64,000 nt of DNA from Octopus sinensis (GCF_006345805.1 NC_043014.1:48050001-48114000); one strand, 5' to 3'. Numbered from the stretch's first letter, positions 50,819 to 64,000 are shown. The notes: generated by a model not told the origin, from the sequence alone. Translations and numbers: made by a program.

Positions 50819-51003
50819 CTTTATTTCAAAGCAGCAGAAATTCAACAAAATCTGTTACTCTGAGTTTCTCGTTCCCGTTCGTCGGACAGTTTTTGTTAAA
50901 AAAAAACTTTTAACAAAAAATTTTAACAATAACTGTCCAACAAACGGGAACATGAAACTCAGAGTAACAGGTTTTGTTGAATTTCTGCTGCTTTGAAATA
51001 AAG
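50819..51003. repeat. Fold-back element with about 72-bp arms carrying hammerhead-like motifs
   Basis: ctttatttcaaagcagcagaaattcaacaaaa...ggacagtt is mirrored by aactgtcc...ttttgttgaatttctgctgctttgaaataaag; TA-rich flanks. Confidence 0.8.
50852..50889 (-). ncRNA. Minimal type I hammerhead-like motif, U4C variant
   Basis: CUGU CCGACGA ACG-GGAA-CGA GAAAC UCAGA GUA ACAG. A decayed mirror copy is at 50933-50970 (+). Confidence 0.55.
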
Positions 51004-51129
51004 CATATTACTCTACCTCTGGTATCTGAGTTCTCTTTTTTCCACCTTGTTTCACATTTATGTGTTTACTCTGGTATATATATATATAAATATAAAATCA
51101 GAAACAAGTTAAAAATAACAAGCAGAGTA

Positions 51130-51842
51130 TTTGAGGAATGGCTCCCACACAATAGTGATTCCTCAAGTGCTTTGCTTGTTATATCCAGAAATAGCTCTGA
51201 AGAGAGTAGCATTCATTTTCTTAGGTCATTCAATTTGCCTCCATCGATCAATAAACCAGTTCATCTTTGGTGTTACAAGGAGTTTTGTTGGTCTCTTGCT
51301 AAACTGCGTCCCACACCTAATAATCAAGGGGTTTGAGTCTGGCGAGTTAGGGGTGATGTGGTTGCAGAAATTGTCTGACAGCCATGACTGGGTTCTCCTG
51401 CTTGCGTGGCATAGTGCAGAGTCCTGTTGCCAGACATCGGGTCTTCCAGCAGCCAGCCTCTTGACCCAGAGCAGCACTACCTCCTCCAGGCACTTGATGT
51501 AGACCTCCATGTTGAGGCATAATGTCGCCATCACTAGTGATCACACCAAACACCATGATGTCAACTGGATGTTTGATTTTTATCACTCTTGGTATATGTC
51601 CTCAGATTGACACCCAAACACTCTGAAATGTTTGTATTGGAGCTTCCAGCACAAATGCCAAGCAGTACAGCATGTTTCCAAATTTGTGGCAGAGTGAATT
51701 GCATCATGGTGCTGTTTTTCTCACAGATGGTGCCCAACTGACCCTACTATACTGTGTAGTCGACAAAATTGAAAACAAACAATTCACATGCATGAAATTA
51801 AAAATATAAAATGGCAAGAATTTTTACCCATTACACCCTGTA
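51130..51842 (-). mobile_element. Decayed Tc1/mariner (maT/DD37D-like) fragment with one TIR
   Basis: HPVDIMVFGVITSDG and VWQQDSALCH...PNSPDSNPL motifs; TA|CAGGGTG terminus at 51834-51842 (minus). Confidence 0.75.
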
Positions 51843-51902
51843 TATGTAATGAAAACTTGTAATGTAGTATTTAGGCTTCAATGTGATCTCAATGAACCTT
51901 AA

Positions 51903-52103
<201 letters not shown>

Positions 52104-52697
52104 TGAACCTCCCCTGTTAAACATCGATATTGATCCCCAGTGTCAAGTCTCTATGTTGACCTCCTATGTTGAACCTCCCATGTTGAAGCATTGTGTTAAA
52201 CATCGACATTGATCCCCAGTGTCAAGTCTCTACGTTGACCTCCCATGTTGAACCACTGTGTTAAGCCTCTGTGTTGAGCCCTTACATGTGTTGAATCCTC
52301 ATGTGTTGAACCTCTATATTGACCTCCTCTACTGAACTTCATATGTTCAGCCATTGTGTTGAACTTCTATATTGACCCACTATGTTAAGTTACTGATTGA
52401 ACCTCCTATGTTGAACCACTATGTTGATCCATTGATATAACCTTTGCATTGATCTGATTTTAGTTTTAAAAATACTCGTCCCCACGTATTCTTTACTCTT
52501 TTACTTGTTTCAGTCATTTGACTGCGGCCATGCTGGAGCACCGCCTATCCCAGTGCTTCTATGTTAATCACATTCTCGCTATTTTGGGGCTAATTATTTC
52601 TTTGATATTAATCATTATTTATTGACAATGATAATGATGATGATGACGATGTTTATAATGATGTTGCTGATGATGATGATGATGATGCCTGTTTCAG

Positions 52698-52822
52698 TTT
52701 CGGAGTCTGTTTGCTGGGATATGTGACCTTGAGGTCATCCAAAACATGTGGGACGTCTACTTTCAACATGCTGACCCTTTTTTGCTATTTTTTCTGGCTC
52801 TTGTGATACTAGTGAACGGTCG
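52698..52822 (+). CDS. TBC1D23: TBC1D23 exon 6 (FRSLFAGICDLEVIQNMWDVYFQHADPFLLFFLALVILVNGR)
   Basis: gtttcAG| ... |GTAAGT; 125 nt; TBC C-terminal 'WD.Y...ADPF' motif. Confidence 0.95.
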
Positions 52823-53489
52823 GTAAGTACAGTGTTTAGTTTTGTCCTACTATTTAGCCCTGTCTCATCCCTGATCTTATAAAACCGTAACCAAGGGCAT
52901 TCAAGCCATGTTCATCTGTTTTTATTTCCCTGTCGCAGTGTACCCCAAACTATATTATCCTACATGGATAAGGCAGCGATCTGGCAGAAACGTTAGCACG
53001 CCGGGCGAAATGCAAAGCTGTATTTCGTCTGCCGCTACGTTCTGAGTTCAAATTCCGCCGAGGTCGACTTTGCCTTTCATCCTTTCGGAGTCGATAAATT
53101 AAGTACCAGTTACGCACTGGAGTCGATGCAATCGACTTAATCCCTTTGTCTGTCCTTGTTTGTCCCCTCTGTGTTTAGCCCCTTGTGGGTAGTAAAGAAA
53201 TAGGTATTTCGTCTGCTTTTACGTTCTGAGTTCAAATTCCGCCGAGGTCGACTTTGCCTTTCATCCTTTCGGGGTCGATAAATTAAGTACCAGTTACGCA
53301 CTGGAGTCGATGCAATCGGCTTAATCCCTTTGTCTGTCCTTGTTTGTCCCTTCTATGTTTAGCCCCTTGTGGGTAGTGAAGAAAAATATATTATCCTACA
53401 TGTTTTCTTTTTTTTTAAACACTTTGATATGGTTTGGGGGAGATTCAGTAAGACCACCTGTTCCTGTCCTTTTATTCCTTTACTTACTT

Positions 53490-53885
53490 CATTTGACTGC
53501 AGCCATGCTGGCTCCATCATACTTTCACATCCTTCAGTACTATACTCTACTCAGGTGAGCAGCCTTCTCTTGCGAATACTTACTTACCTAACTGGTGTTG
53601 GTGTCAACAAAAAATGCAAATGAGTACACTCTATGAAGTGGTTGGCATTAGGAAGGGTATCCAGCTGTAGAAACCATGCCAAAGCATTCATTTGACTGCA
53701 GCCATGCTGGCTCCATCATACATTCACATCCTTCAGTACTATACTCTACTCAGTTGAGCAGCCTTGTCTTGCGAATACTAGCTTACCTTACTGGTGTTGG
53801 TGCCAACAAAAATGCAAACGGGTACACTCACTCTGTGAAGTGGTTGGCATTAGGAAGGGTATCCAGCTGTAGAAACCATGCCAAA
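53490..53885. repeat. Tandem duplication of about 200 bp
   Basis: catttgactgcagccatgctggctccatcatac...gaaaccatgccaaagca occurs twice. Confidence 0.8.
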
Positions 53886-54136
53886 GCAAACATTGGAGTT
53901 TGGCACAGACCTTTGGCTCATCAGTTCCTGTTAAAGCGTCCACTCTGGGAAAAAGGGGCATTCGATGATGATGATAATGATCTGGTTGATTTTGTTAACT
54001 CACCTACACAATCAGTCTCTTTTCTATAGTAGCATTGACAGCCAACAGAATATTCTCCTCCTTCCTTGCCAATCCCTGTTATATCTTCTGCATTCATTGT
54101 TCCATATAGTATTGCAATTTTTAATTTCTGTCCTCT

Positions 54137-54866
54137 TTAACCCTTTTAATACCAACCCGGCTGAAACCGGCTCTGGCTCTGAGTACAAATGTCTTGTTTT
54201 CATAAGTTTTGAATTAAAATCTTCCACCAAACCTTAGTCACAATTTATGTTCCTAACACTAGCTTCATGATAACTAAGTTATTGTACTAAATTCTTTGTT
54301 ATATCTAAAGTAATTGAAAGAAACACAGAACATCTCAAAATAAATACGGTAATGAAAGGTTTGAATTATATAACAGACACAATTCCTAACCCTTTTAATA
54401 CCAACCCAGCTGAAACCACTTCTGGTTCTGTAGTACAAATGTCTTGTTTTCATAAGTCTTGAATTAAAATCTTCCACCAAACCTTAGTCACAATTTATGT
54501 TCCTCACACTAGCTGAATGATAACTAAGTTATTTTACTAAATTCTTTGTTATATTTAAAGTAATTGAAAAAAACACAGAGCATCTCAAAATAAATACAGT
54601 AATGAAAGGGTTAAAATATATAATAGAGAAATAATTCTTAACCCTTTCGATACCAGCCCAGCTGAAACCACCTCTGGCTCTGTAGTACAAATGTCTTGTT
54701 TTCATGAGTTTTGAATTAAAACCTTCCACCAAACCTTAGTCACAATTTATGTTCCTAACACTAGCTTCATGATAACTAAGTTATTGTACTAAATTCTTTG
54801 TTATATTTAAAGTAATTGAAAGAAATTCCGAGCATCTCAAAATAAATACAGTGACGAAAGGGTTAA
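54137..54866. mobile_element. Three tandem piggyBac-like MITEs (about 222 bp each)
   Basis: Each unit runs (T)TAA-CCCTTT ... AAAGGG-TTAA (end of unit 1 degenerate). Units about 54141-54360, 54390-54610, 54642-54862. Confidence 0.75.
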
Positions 54867-56072
54867 GGACAAAATGATCTCTTGTCACTCTTATCTACAT
54901 TTTTTACACCTTATTTGCTGATACTAGTTGCTACACTTTTACTAAATCAACCCTAGTGCTAATTAGCTAACACCATAAAAGAATACTGTACAACTTACAT
55001 TCAGTTATGATTGCAGTTTATCATTTTCATTCTAGACAATGTATTTACTGTCTTGTTTTGCATCATTCCCAAAGATTTCACTTCATCTTTTGATCCTTTA
55101 AGTTCCTGCAGAATTCCTTCTTTCATATTGAGCAAGACCCCTTCTGAGATACACCTGAGCTGTTGGGTTCTCTGATACTACATGACTATGTGAGTCTTTG
55201 TCGCACGAACTTGAGAGCTTTTGCATGTTAAATCCATTTTTCTGACTTTCAAATATCTTGTGCATTTCTATAACAGACTTCACACCAAGAACCGTTTATA
55301 TTATATCATCTTCATTGTTAACCACATGCTCACATATAATTTTCACATTGTAAGGCGGCGAGCTGGCAGAAACGTTAGCACGCCAGGCGAAATGCTTAGC
55401 GGTATTTCATCTGCCGTTACATTCTGAGTTCAAATTCTGCTGAGGTTGACATTGCCTTTCGTCCTTTCGGGGTCGATAAATTAAGTACCAGTTATGCACT
55501 GGGGTTGATGTAATCGACTTAATCCATTTGTCTGTTCTTGCTTGTCCTCTCTGTGTTTAGCCCCTTGTGGGTATTAAAGAAATAGGTATTTCGTCTGCCG
55601 TTACATTCTGAGTTCAAATTCCGCCGAGGTCGACTTTGCCTTTCATCCTTTCGGGGTTGATAAATTAAGTACCAGTTACGCACTGGGGTCGATAAATTAA
55701 GTACCATTTATGCACTGGGGTCGATGTAATCGACTTTATCCCTTTGTCTGTCCTTGTTTGTCCCCTCTGTTTAGCCCCTTGTGGGCAATAAAGAAATAAA
55801 ATATGATTTTCTCATTGACTATGAGGAACAAAAGATCAAAAGCAAGACTCAAGTTGATTCACAGCTGGAAGTTAATTCCTCAGTATCTCCATTGCCAACT
55901 TGGGACATTTCATCTTTGGTGTCTAAACTGATCTCCCAATCAATCTATTCTCATTCAACTTCCTGCACATATTTGGCAATTGTTGTACTAATTAATTATA
56001 ATTGAAGTAAATTGTGTTAATTAACTGTGATTAATTAAGAGTAACACGATCGCATCACTGTTTCTGTTGTAG

Positions 56073-56119
56073 AGAACAAATTATTACTGCAGAGAATGAT
56101 AGCAAGCAGAGTATTGTAG
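56073..56119 (+). CDS. TBC1D23: TBC1D23 exon 7 (EQIITAENDSKQSIV)
   Basis: ttgtAG| ... |GTGAGT; 47 nt, phase 2 to 1; exactly bridges exons 6 and 8. Confidence 0.88.
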
Positions 56120-56272
56120 GTGAGTACAATGGGGAGCCGGGGGGTGGCACTGGAGTGTGGGGTTGCGGCATGGTGGGGAATGGGTGGTACTGGAGAATGG
56201 TATGACTGTGACTGGGATGTGATGAAATGATGGGAAGGGATATGGCATTGTAGTATGATGGTATAATAGGGA

Positions 56273-56505
56273 AGGCGGCGAGCTGGCAGAAACGTTTACA
56301 CGCCAGGCGAAATGCGTAGCCGTATTTCATCTGCCGCTATGTTCTGAGTTCAAATTCCGCCAAGGTCGACTTTGCCTTTCATCCTTTCCGGGTCGATAAA
56401 TTAAGTACCAGTTATGCACTGGGGTCGATGTAATTGACTTCATCTGTTTGTCTGTCCTTGTTTGTCCCCTCTATGTTTAGCCCCTTGTGGGCAGTAAAGA
56501 AATAG
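56273..56505 (+). mobile_element. tRNA-derived SINE family A (about 235 bp), representative full copy with target-site duplication
   Basis: Head aaggcggcgagctggcagaaacgttagc, B box gagttcaaattcc, central gtcgactttgcctttcatcctttcggggtcgataaa. TSD ggtat(a/g)atagggaa at 56260-56273 / 56505-56518. Other copies approx. 79-186, 495-730, 5130-5360, 7115-7346, 11047-11290, 35550-35782, 36505-36736, 43830-44045, 49895-50112, 52972-53385 (tandem), 55351-55800 (tandem), 61095-61290. Confidence 0.9.
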
Positions 56506-56808
56506 GTATGATAGGGAACGAATGATATGGTGGGGAACTGGATTGCAGTATGATAGTAAAGTTCACAGACAAGTGGAATTGATGTGTTATGGTGTGGCTG
56601 AGAGTGAAATGGGTCTGGGGTCTGTTGATATGGTTGAGCATGTAAGTGCTGTGGGATGATGATATGAATGAAAGAGAGAGAAGGAGGAGAGGGAGTAAGG
56701 ATTTGAGCAGAACAGGTGTGAGTGGGAATGTGTGTGTGTCAGGGGACTTTATTTGACTCTCGTGTGATCAGATTCCACAAATACCAATATTCAAATATTT
56801 TATTCCAG

Positions 56809-56912
56809 AATTAATGAGTACATTCCCAGCGGCACTGGAAGCTGTTGATATTGAAGACTTTTGTACTTTGGCTCAGTATTATGCCTCACGCACACCACAG
56901 TCCTTCAGGAGG
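56809..56912 (+). CDS. TBC1D23: TBC1D23 exon 8 (ELMSTFPAALEAVDIEDFCTLAQYYASRTPQSFRR)
   Basis: attccAG| ... |GTCAGT; 104 nt; conserved 'DIED...LAQYY...TP.SFR'. Confidence 0.95.
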
Positions 56913-58419
56913 GTCAGTATTGATCTTTATATTGATTATTGTTGTTGTATTAAAGAAAAAAAAATCATTGAGGAATATGGAGTGATGTTGACTTTGTGAG
57001 TGTCCGTGTGCTGTGTAGCAGCAACACTGTCCCAGATACGTTTTATCTTTTACTTGTTTCAGTCATTAGACTGCGGCTATGCTGAGGCATCGCCTTGAAA
57101 AGCTTTTAGTCAAAGAAATCAACCACAGTGATTTTTTAAAGCCCGGTACTTATCCTATCAGTTGTTTTGCCAAACTGCTAAGTTACAGGGATGTAAACAA
57201 ACCAACACCAGCTGTCAGGTGGTGGCGGGTGACAAACATAGACACAAAGACACACACACGCATACACACATGTGTATAGTAGGCTTCTTTCAGTTTTTGT
57301 CTACCAAATCCACTCATAAGGCTTTGGTCAGCCTGAGACTATAGTAGAAGACACTTGCTCAAGGTGTCACTCAGTGGGATTGAACCTTGTTTGTCCCTCT
57401 ATATTTAGCCCCTTGTGTCGGTGGCACATTAAAAGCTCCAACCGATCGTGACCGATGCCGGACCCCCCTGGCACCTGTGCCGGTGGCACGTAAAAAGCAC
57501 CCACTACACTCGCGGAGTGGTTGGCGTTAGGAAGGACATCCAGCTGTAGAAACTCTGCCAGATCAGACTGGAGCCTGGTGCAGCCCCTGGCTTCCCAGAC
57601 CCCGGTCGAACCGTCCAACCCGTGCTAGAACAGAAAACGGACGTTAAACGAAGATGATGATGATGATATAAAATCATGACAAAACTCACACATGTTGTAG
57701 TCCTTAAGATGAATAATTTTGGTAAAATCTCCAGTTTTCTTTTTTGTGCTGTTCAGTGTTGCATTAAAAAAAAAAAAAACCAATGATGTAAGGGGAGGTA
57801 AACAAACCTGAACTATTCACCAAATGAGGCAATACGTCTCTCACTGATGTTACTTCATCTTTTGTGAAAGCAACCCAGTGAGTTGCTCACAGTGGAAGTG
57901 GTAAATCCATCCTAACACTACTAATCCAACATCTGGCAGCTGACTTGGCAGACACCCGTAAAATTATTAACCATCTTACAAACAATAACTCTGAGCACCT
58001 TTTCAAACTCCACCCGTCTAACACCCATGGACATGTTTACAAAGTCAGAAAACTCCCATGACTTTCGAAAACATTTTTTCACACCAAGAGTTTTTGATGC
58101 ATGGAACAAACTGCTGGCATCAGTTGTTAGTTGTCGGAGCACTGCATCCTTCAAAACTTCCATGCTTCCTGAGATTCGCCAACACTACACCTGATTTTCT
58201 CCCCTCCATATTACTGCAAGCATGTATCTGACTTATACACTGTTCTCTTCCCAGACATTTGTATATTACTGCATATACTTTATATGCACTTTCTGACAAG
58301 TTGTGGTGCACCTGAGCACTGTATACAATAATTTCATTATTATTATTATTATAATTCAGTCTCCTTGCCACTAGTCTAGTGTTTCTATTTCAGTTGAAAA
58401 TCTCTCCTATTATTTCCAG

Positions 58420-58545
58420 GATTACCAATCGCCGTTGTTTGGAACTTCTCTTGGAACCAAAGAGGATGAGTCTATTCAAGTGTCTCAAGCTTTGTGTCTT
58501 CCTGTCTCTGTACATGAGCTGCTTCAACCACGGCAGGCAGGTGTG
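58420..58545 (+). CDS. TBC1D23: TBC1D23 exon 9 (DYQSPLFGTSLGTKEDESIQVSQALCLPVSVHELLQPRQAGV)
   Basis: tttccAG| ... |GTAAGT; 126 nt; conserved 'SQALCL..SV.E.L'. Confidence 0.94.
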
Positions 58546-59922
58546 GTAAGTATTTCTGACATTACACCATTAATTAGTATCACTCAGTAGCAGACATGTT
58601 ATATTGGTCTCTTGATTCTTGAAAAACTGTAATTCACATAATGTAGCAAACATTCTAAAGATGCTTAATTTCCTGTAAACTTAACAATTCTTTGGTATTT
58701 ATCGATGACTGGCACCCATGCCAGTGGAGCGCTAACAGCTCCATCCAAGCGGGATCACTGCCAGAGCAGCAGTCTGGCACGTAAAGAACACCATTTGAGC
58801 GTGATCGTTACCAGCGTCACCTTACTGGCACTTGTGCCGGTGGCACGTGAACAAAACATTCAAGCAAGGTCATTGCCAGTGCTGCTGAACTGACTCCTGT
58901 GCAGGTGGTACGTAAAAAACACCATTTTTGAGTGTGACCGTTGCCAGTACTGCCAGACTGGCCCTCTTGCTGGTGGCACATAAAAGCACCCACTACACTC
59001 TCGGAGTGGTTGGTATTAGGAAGGGCATCCAGCTGTAGAAACTCTGCCAGATCAAGATTGGAGCCTGGTGCAGCCATCTGGTTTGCCAGTCCTCAGTCAA
59101 ATCGTCCAATCCATGCTAGCATGGAAAGCAGATGTTAAACTATGATGATGTGCAGACATCTGAGATGGCCACAGTTGAGTCAATATACAGGTCACGCCCT
59201 CTCATTGGTGTTACTCGTTTGTGGCTGTGCAAGTTATACTTGTCTTGGTCATCTGGCACTAGTCAGGGCAGTGGACTCGCGGTCGTAGGATCGCAGTTTC
59301 GATTCCCATACCAGACGTTGTGAGTGTTTATTGAGCGAAAACACCTAAATCTCCACGCGGCTCTGGCAGCGGGTGGTGGTGATCCCTGCTGTTCTCTTTC
59401 ACCACAACTTTCTCTCATTCTTTCTTCTGTTGGCCTGCTCGCTTAGCCAGCAGGGTGGCATCATTTGAAGACCAAAACAATGTTAAGCGCATTGTGACCA
59501 GCGATGTGTAGCAACATCTGATAGCCTGGTCGGTCATGTGATTACGTGAACAGCAAAGCTAAATGTTTCACAGACACATACTTGACACAGTGCAACACAT
59601 TTGGAGAACTTCTAGTAATAGCAGCTAAATCTCTCTTAAATCACACCTTAACATATTTAAACGTACAATGCTAGACATGTTTACACAGAAGATTGCAAAC
59701 AGATGATTCCACTTGTATGTTAGTGATCTTTTTTTTACAATTATCATGAGATGCCAAGACAAAAATAAGGTTTAATGGCGATCTTTCCTTACAGGTACCA
59801 TAACTACCAATTATAAACCCACGTGGGTTTGTTTACATTTCTGAAGAGAAAAGAAACCCTTTCCCCCCACCCCTAACCCTAACCCCACATATATAAAAAA
59901 AAAACTTTACAGAAAGTGATGA

Positions 59923-60225
<303 letters not shown>

Positions 60226-60870
60226 TAACATGCTTCACAAAATACTTATCAGCATTTTGTTTGTCTTTACATGTGACTATATGTGACATTACACCGCAGT
60301 ACGTGTGACTATATGTGATATTTCCTCAGTACTTGTGGCTAAATGTGACAGATTTCACTGTCCTATTGGTACCTCACAATTTGGAGACTGTTTGAAATAC
60401 ATCTTCTGAATAAAGCAGAAATGTTGCCTTGTATTGTGTAAATCATTGAGTAGTGTAGTGTGCAGGGATAGTTGTGTGGTGTAGAAGGGTGTTGTGTGTA
60501 TGATGATGTAGTAGTGTTTTTTTTTCTTTGTGGCACCAGCACTAGAGAAGCAACCCTGTTCTGGACACAACTAAAAGGAGCTCTCGAACCCTCCATATCT
60601 CCTCACTTGCCAGCATTTTTGCAGTGTAAGAAGTGTAAATGATACTAAGACAGACCTGTGTAGTAGAGAGTAATCTGAGGCAGGTACATGTATTCAAGAC
60701 AACATAACTAAGAGGATAGGGTGAAAGCAGAAAGCAGTTTGACTCAGGAGATAGTGCTGACAGAGGATAGGAATGTTTGGAGAAAAGGAGCTTGAGTATG
60801 ATGGCAAGCTGAGTTAAGGTAGGGTAAAGAGATTCTGTACAGAAGGGAAGAGTGTAGTTAGAGTGCACAG

Positions 60871-61071
60871 CAGTGGTTTTCAACCAGGGTTCCACCAGTA
60901 CAGTCCAGGGGTTCCGCAAGAAGTTACAAAACTGCTAAAATCGGCAGTAATTTTTAATTCTCCTGTGCAGATATGTGTACATAAGACTATTAAATTATTG
61001 CACAGGGGTTCCTCGAGCCAGTGGAATGTTTCCTTGGGGTTCCGCTCCAGCAAAAAGTTTGAAAAGCACTG
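60871..61071. mobile_element. hAT-type MITE
   Basis: TIRs cagtggttttcaa / ttgaaaagcactg; 8-bp TSD gtgcacag / gtacacag. Confidence 0.75.
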
Positions 61072-61745
61072 GTACACAGGTCGAACTACATTGAAGGCTG
61101 TGAGCTAGCAGAATCGTTAGCACACTGGACAAAATACTTGGCAGGATTTTGCCTGTAGCTACGTTCTGAGTTCAAAATCTGCCGAGATCGACTTTGCCTT
61201 TCATCCTTTTGGGGTTGATAAAATAAGTACCAGTTGAACACTGGGGTCGATGTAATCGACTCATCCCAAGCTGCCCTTGTGGCAAAAATCTGAAATAATA
61301 GAGTGCACAGGTCACAATTGGTCCAGTGTACTTTAAGATGGGCCAGAGAGGTTGAATGGTAAGTTTGGTGGCAAGGAGGAGAGTGAAAGTAGCACTGTTG
61401 GTTCGGTCTGTACCAGTTAATAGTTGGTCAGGAAAGTGCAGTGGTATGTTTAGTTACACTGCAAGTAATGCATGGCTGATAGATACATTGCTGATTTTTT
61501 AGTCCCCCTGCAACAGCATAGGACAGTAAAATTGAGAAGTGGAGGGAGTGATTAAGAGATGAGCAATACAGGCATAGGTCAGGAAGGTATGAAGATTAAA
61601 GGTACGGCTGACTGAAATATAGGTGATATAGGAGTGAGAAGAGGGAGGTGGGCAACTAGCGGCAGCAATAGGGTAAGTAAAAAGGGTTAATAAGTGGGAG
61701 AGAGGCTATCAAAGTGGTTAATGATGTTACAGAATATATATATAT

Positions 61746-61794
<49 letters not shown>

Positions 61795-62064
61795 ATTGAT
61801 AAAACGTAAGATAACAAAAGAAAGAAAGAGACCTCAATATTATGTAAATAGAGGAAATTTATCTATACAATATGTTACATTACTCGGTAGTCAAGATAAA
61901 ACTCTGAGTTTCAGATGCCGAAGTGGAAATCCACAACACCATCTCTTCGGTTATCTGGAAAATAGCCAGATAACCGAAGAGATGGTGTTGTGGATTTCCA
62001 CTTCGGCATCTGAAACTCAGAGTTTTATCTTGACTACCGAGTAATGTAACATATTGTATAGATA
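61795..62064. mobile_element. Short (TA)n-associated hammerhead-like element as head-to-head dimer; relatives at 14148-14360 and 15620-15790
   Basis: 99-bp arms (61860-61958 / 61966-62064) with a 7-nt spacer. Shares the tail 'gataacaaaagaaagaaagagacctcaatattatgtaaatagagg' with the other two copies. Confidence 0.75.
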
Positions 62065-62344
62065 TATTATATATATATATATATATACCACCATGCTGAA
62101 AATAGCAGTCAAAACTTGACTCTAAAGCCACATTAAATGTTCATATAGCACTAGGAGAAAAGACAGAGAAACAAAATAAAATAGCAAAAAAAGAATTTAC
62201 TGGATAATTCCAAATCCTGGATTTCTGGCTTTGCATAAAAGATGCTCTGCCTTTGTCAGTGGAATTTTTTAATAATTATTACCCTTGAAAGGTTTTTATT
62301 CCCATGCTGGCCACTTGATAAGATCGATACTTAAATATTGATCT

Positions 62345-64000
62345 TATCCTTATTTATATATATATGTATATATATGTGTGTATATATATATATGTGTGTA
62401 TATATATATATGTGTGTATATATATATATATGTGTGTATATATATATATGTGTGTGTATATATATATGTGTGTGTATATATATATATATGTGTGTATATA
62501 TATATATGTGTGTATATATATATGTGTGTATATATATGTGTGTATATATATGTGTATATATATGTGTGTATATGTGTATGTATATATATGTGTATGTATA
62601 TATATGTGTATATATATGTATATATATATATGTGTATATATATGTATATATATATATATGTGTATATATGTATATATATATATATATGTGTATATATATG
62701 TATATATATATGTGTGTGTATATATGTATATATATATGTGTGTATATATGTATATATATATGTGTGTATATATGTATATATATATGTGTGTATATATGTA
62801 TATATATATGTGTGTATATATGTATATATATATGTGTATATATATGTGTATATATGTGTATGTATATATATGTGTATATATGTGTATGTATATATATGTG
62901 TGTATATATATGTGTGTATATATGTGTGTGTATATATGTGTATATATGTGTATGTATATATATGTGTGTATATATATGTGTGTATATATGTGTGTATATA
63001 TATGTGTATATATATATATGTGTATATATATATGTGTATATATATATGTATATATATATGTGTATATATATATGTATATATATATATGTGTATATATGTA
63101 TATATATATATGTGTATATATGTATATATATATATGTGTATATATGTATATATATATGTGTATATATAATATATATGTATATATGTATATATATATATGT
63201 GTATATATGTATATATATATATGTGTGTATATATGTATATATATATGTGTGTATATATGTATTATATATGTGTGTATATATGTATATATATATATGTTGT
63301 ATATATGTATATATAATGTGTATATATGTATATATATGTGTGTATATATGTATATATATATATGCGTGTATATATGTATATATATATGCGTGTATATATG
63401 TATATATATATGTGTGTATATATGTATATATATATATGCGTGTATATATGTATATATATATGCGTGTATATATGTATATATATATGCGTATATATATGTA
63501 TATATATATGTGTGTATATATATGTATATATATATGTGTATATATATGTATATATATGTGTGTATATATATGTATATATATGTGTGTTATATATATATAT
63601 ATTGTGTATATATATGTATATATATGTGTGTATATATATGTATATATGTGTGTATTATATGTATATATATATATGTATATATATATATATGTGTATATAT
63701 ATGTATATATATATATGTGTATATATATGTATATATATATGTATATATATAATGTGTATATATATGTATATATATGTGTATATATATGTATATATATATA
63801 TTGTATATATGTATATATATATATGTGTATATATATGTAATATATATATATGTATATATATATAATGTGTATATATATGTATATATATGTATATATATAT
63901 GTGTTATATATATGTATATATATATATGTGTATATATATGTATATATATATATGTGTATATATATGTATATATATATATGTGTATATATATGTATATATA
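62345..64000. repeat. Compound (TA)/(TG) microsatellite, at least 1.65 kb, running off the window end
   Basis: Almost only T, A and G on the plus strand in tatatatgtg-type units. It produces the spurious 500-aa Y/I/C/V/M ORFs. Confidence 0.97.

Noticed and set aside
62338-63865. 500-aa, 462-aa and other long ORFs
   Set aside because: Translations of TA/TG microsatellite (only Y, I, C, V, M); the same applies to ORFs at 24.8-27.0 kb.

Overview
Eukaryotic, AT-rich, repeat-dense genomic DNA, most likely cephalopod (Octopus-like). This is inferred from the tRNA-derived SINE families, RTE-tail repeats and very long (TA)n/(TG)n tracts. Two spliced genes diverge about 6.5 kb apart. On the minus strand is the 5' end of delta-COP/archain (ARCN1): an ATG-only coding exon at 16349-16351 and a 40-nt exon at 857-896. 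On the plus strand are the first ten coding exons of TBC1D23 (22836-60138; TBC plus start of rhodanese domain; the gene continues past the window). Almost all ORFs in the supplied track are microsatellite or SINE noise. The rest is SINEs, MITEs (hAT-, piggyBac-, mariner-like) and decayed LINE and Tc1/mariner fragments. The most unusual signal is a set of fold-back (palindromic) non-coding elements, mostly next to (TA)n, that carry minimal type I hammerhead ribozyme motifs. One is a canonical core in both arms of a 5.2-kb palindrome in TBC1D23 intron 1. Variant cores (U4C, U3-A8) occur in several smaller hairpin elements. All coordinates were read by hand, and repeat boundaries are approximate.
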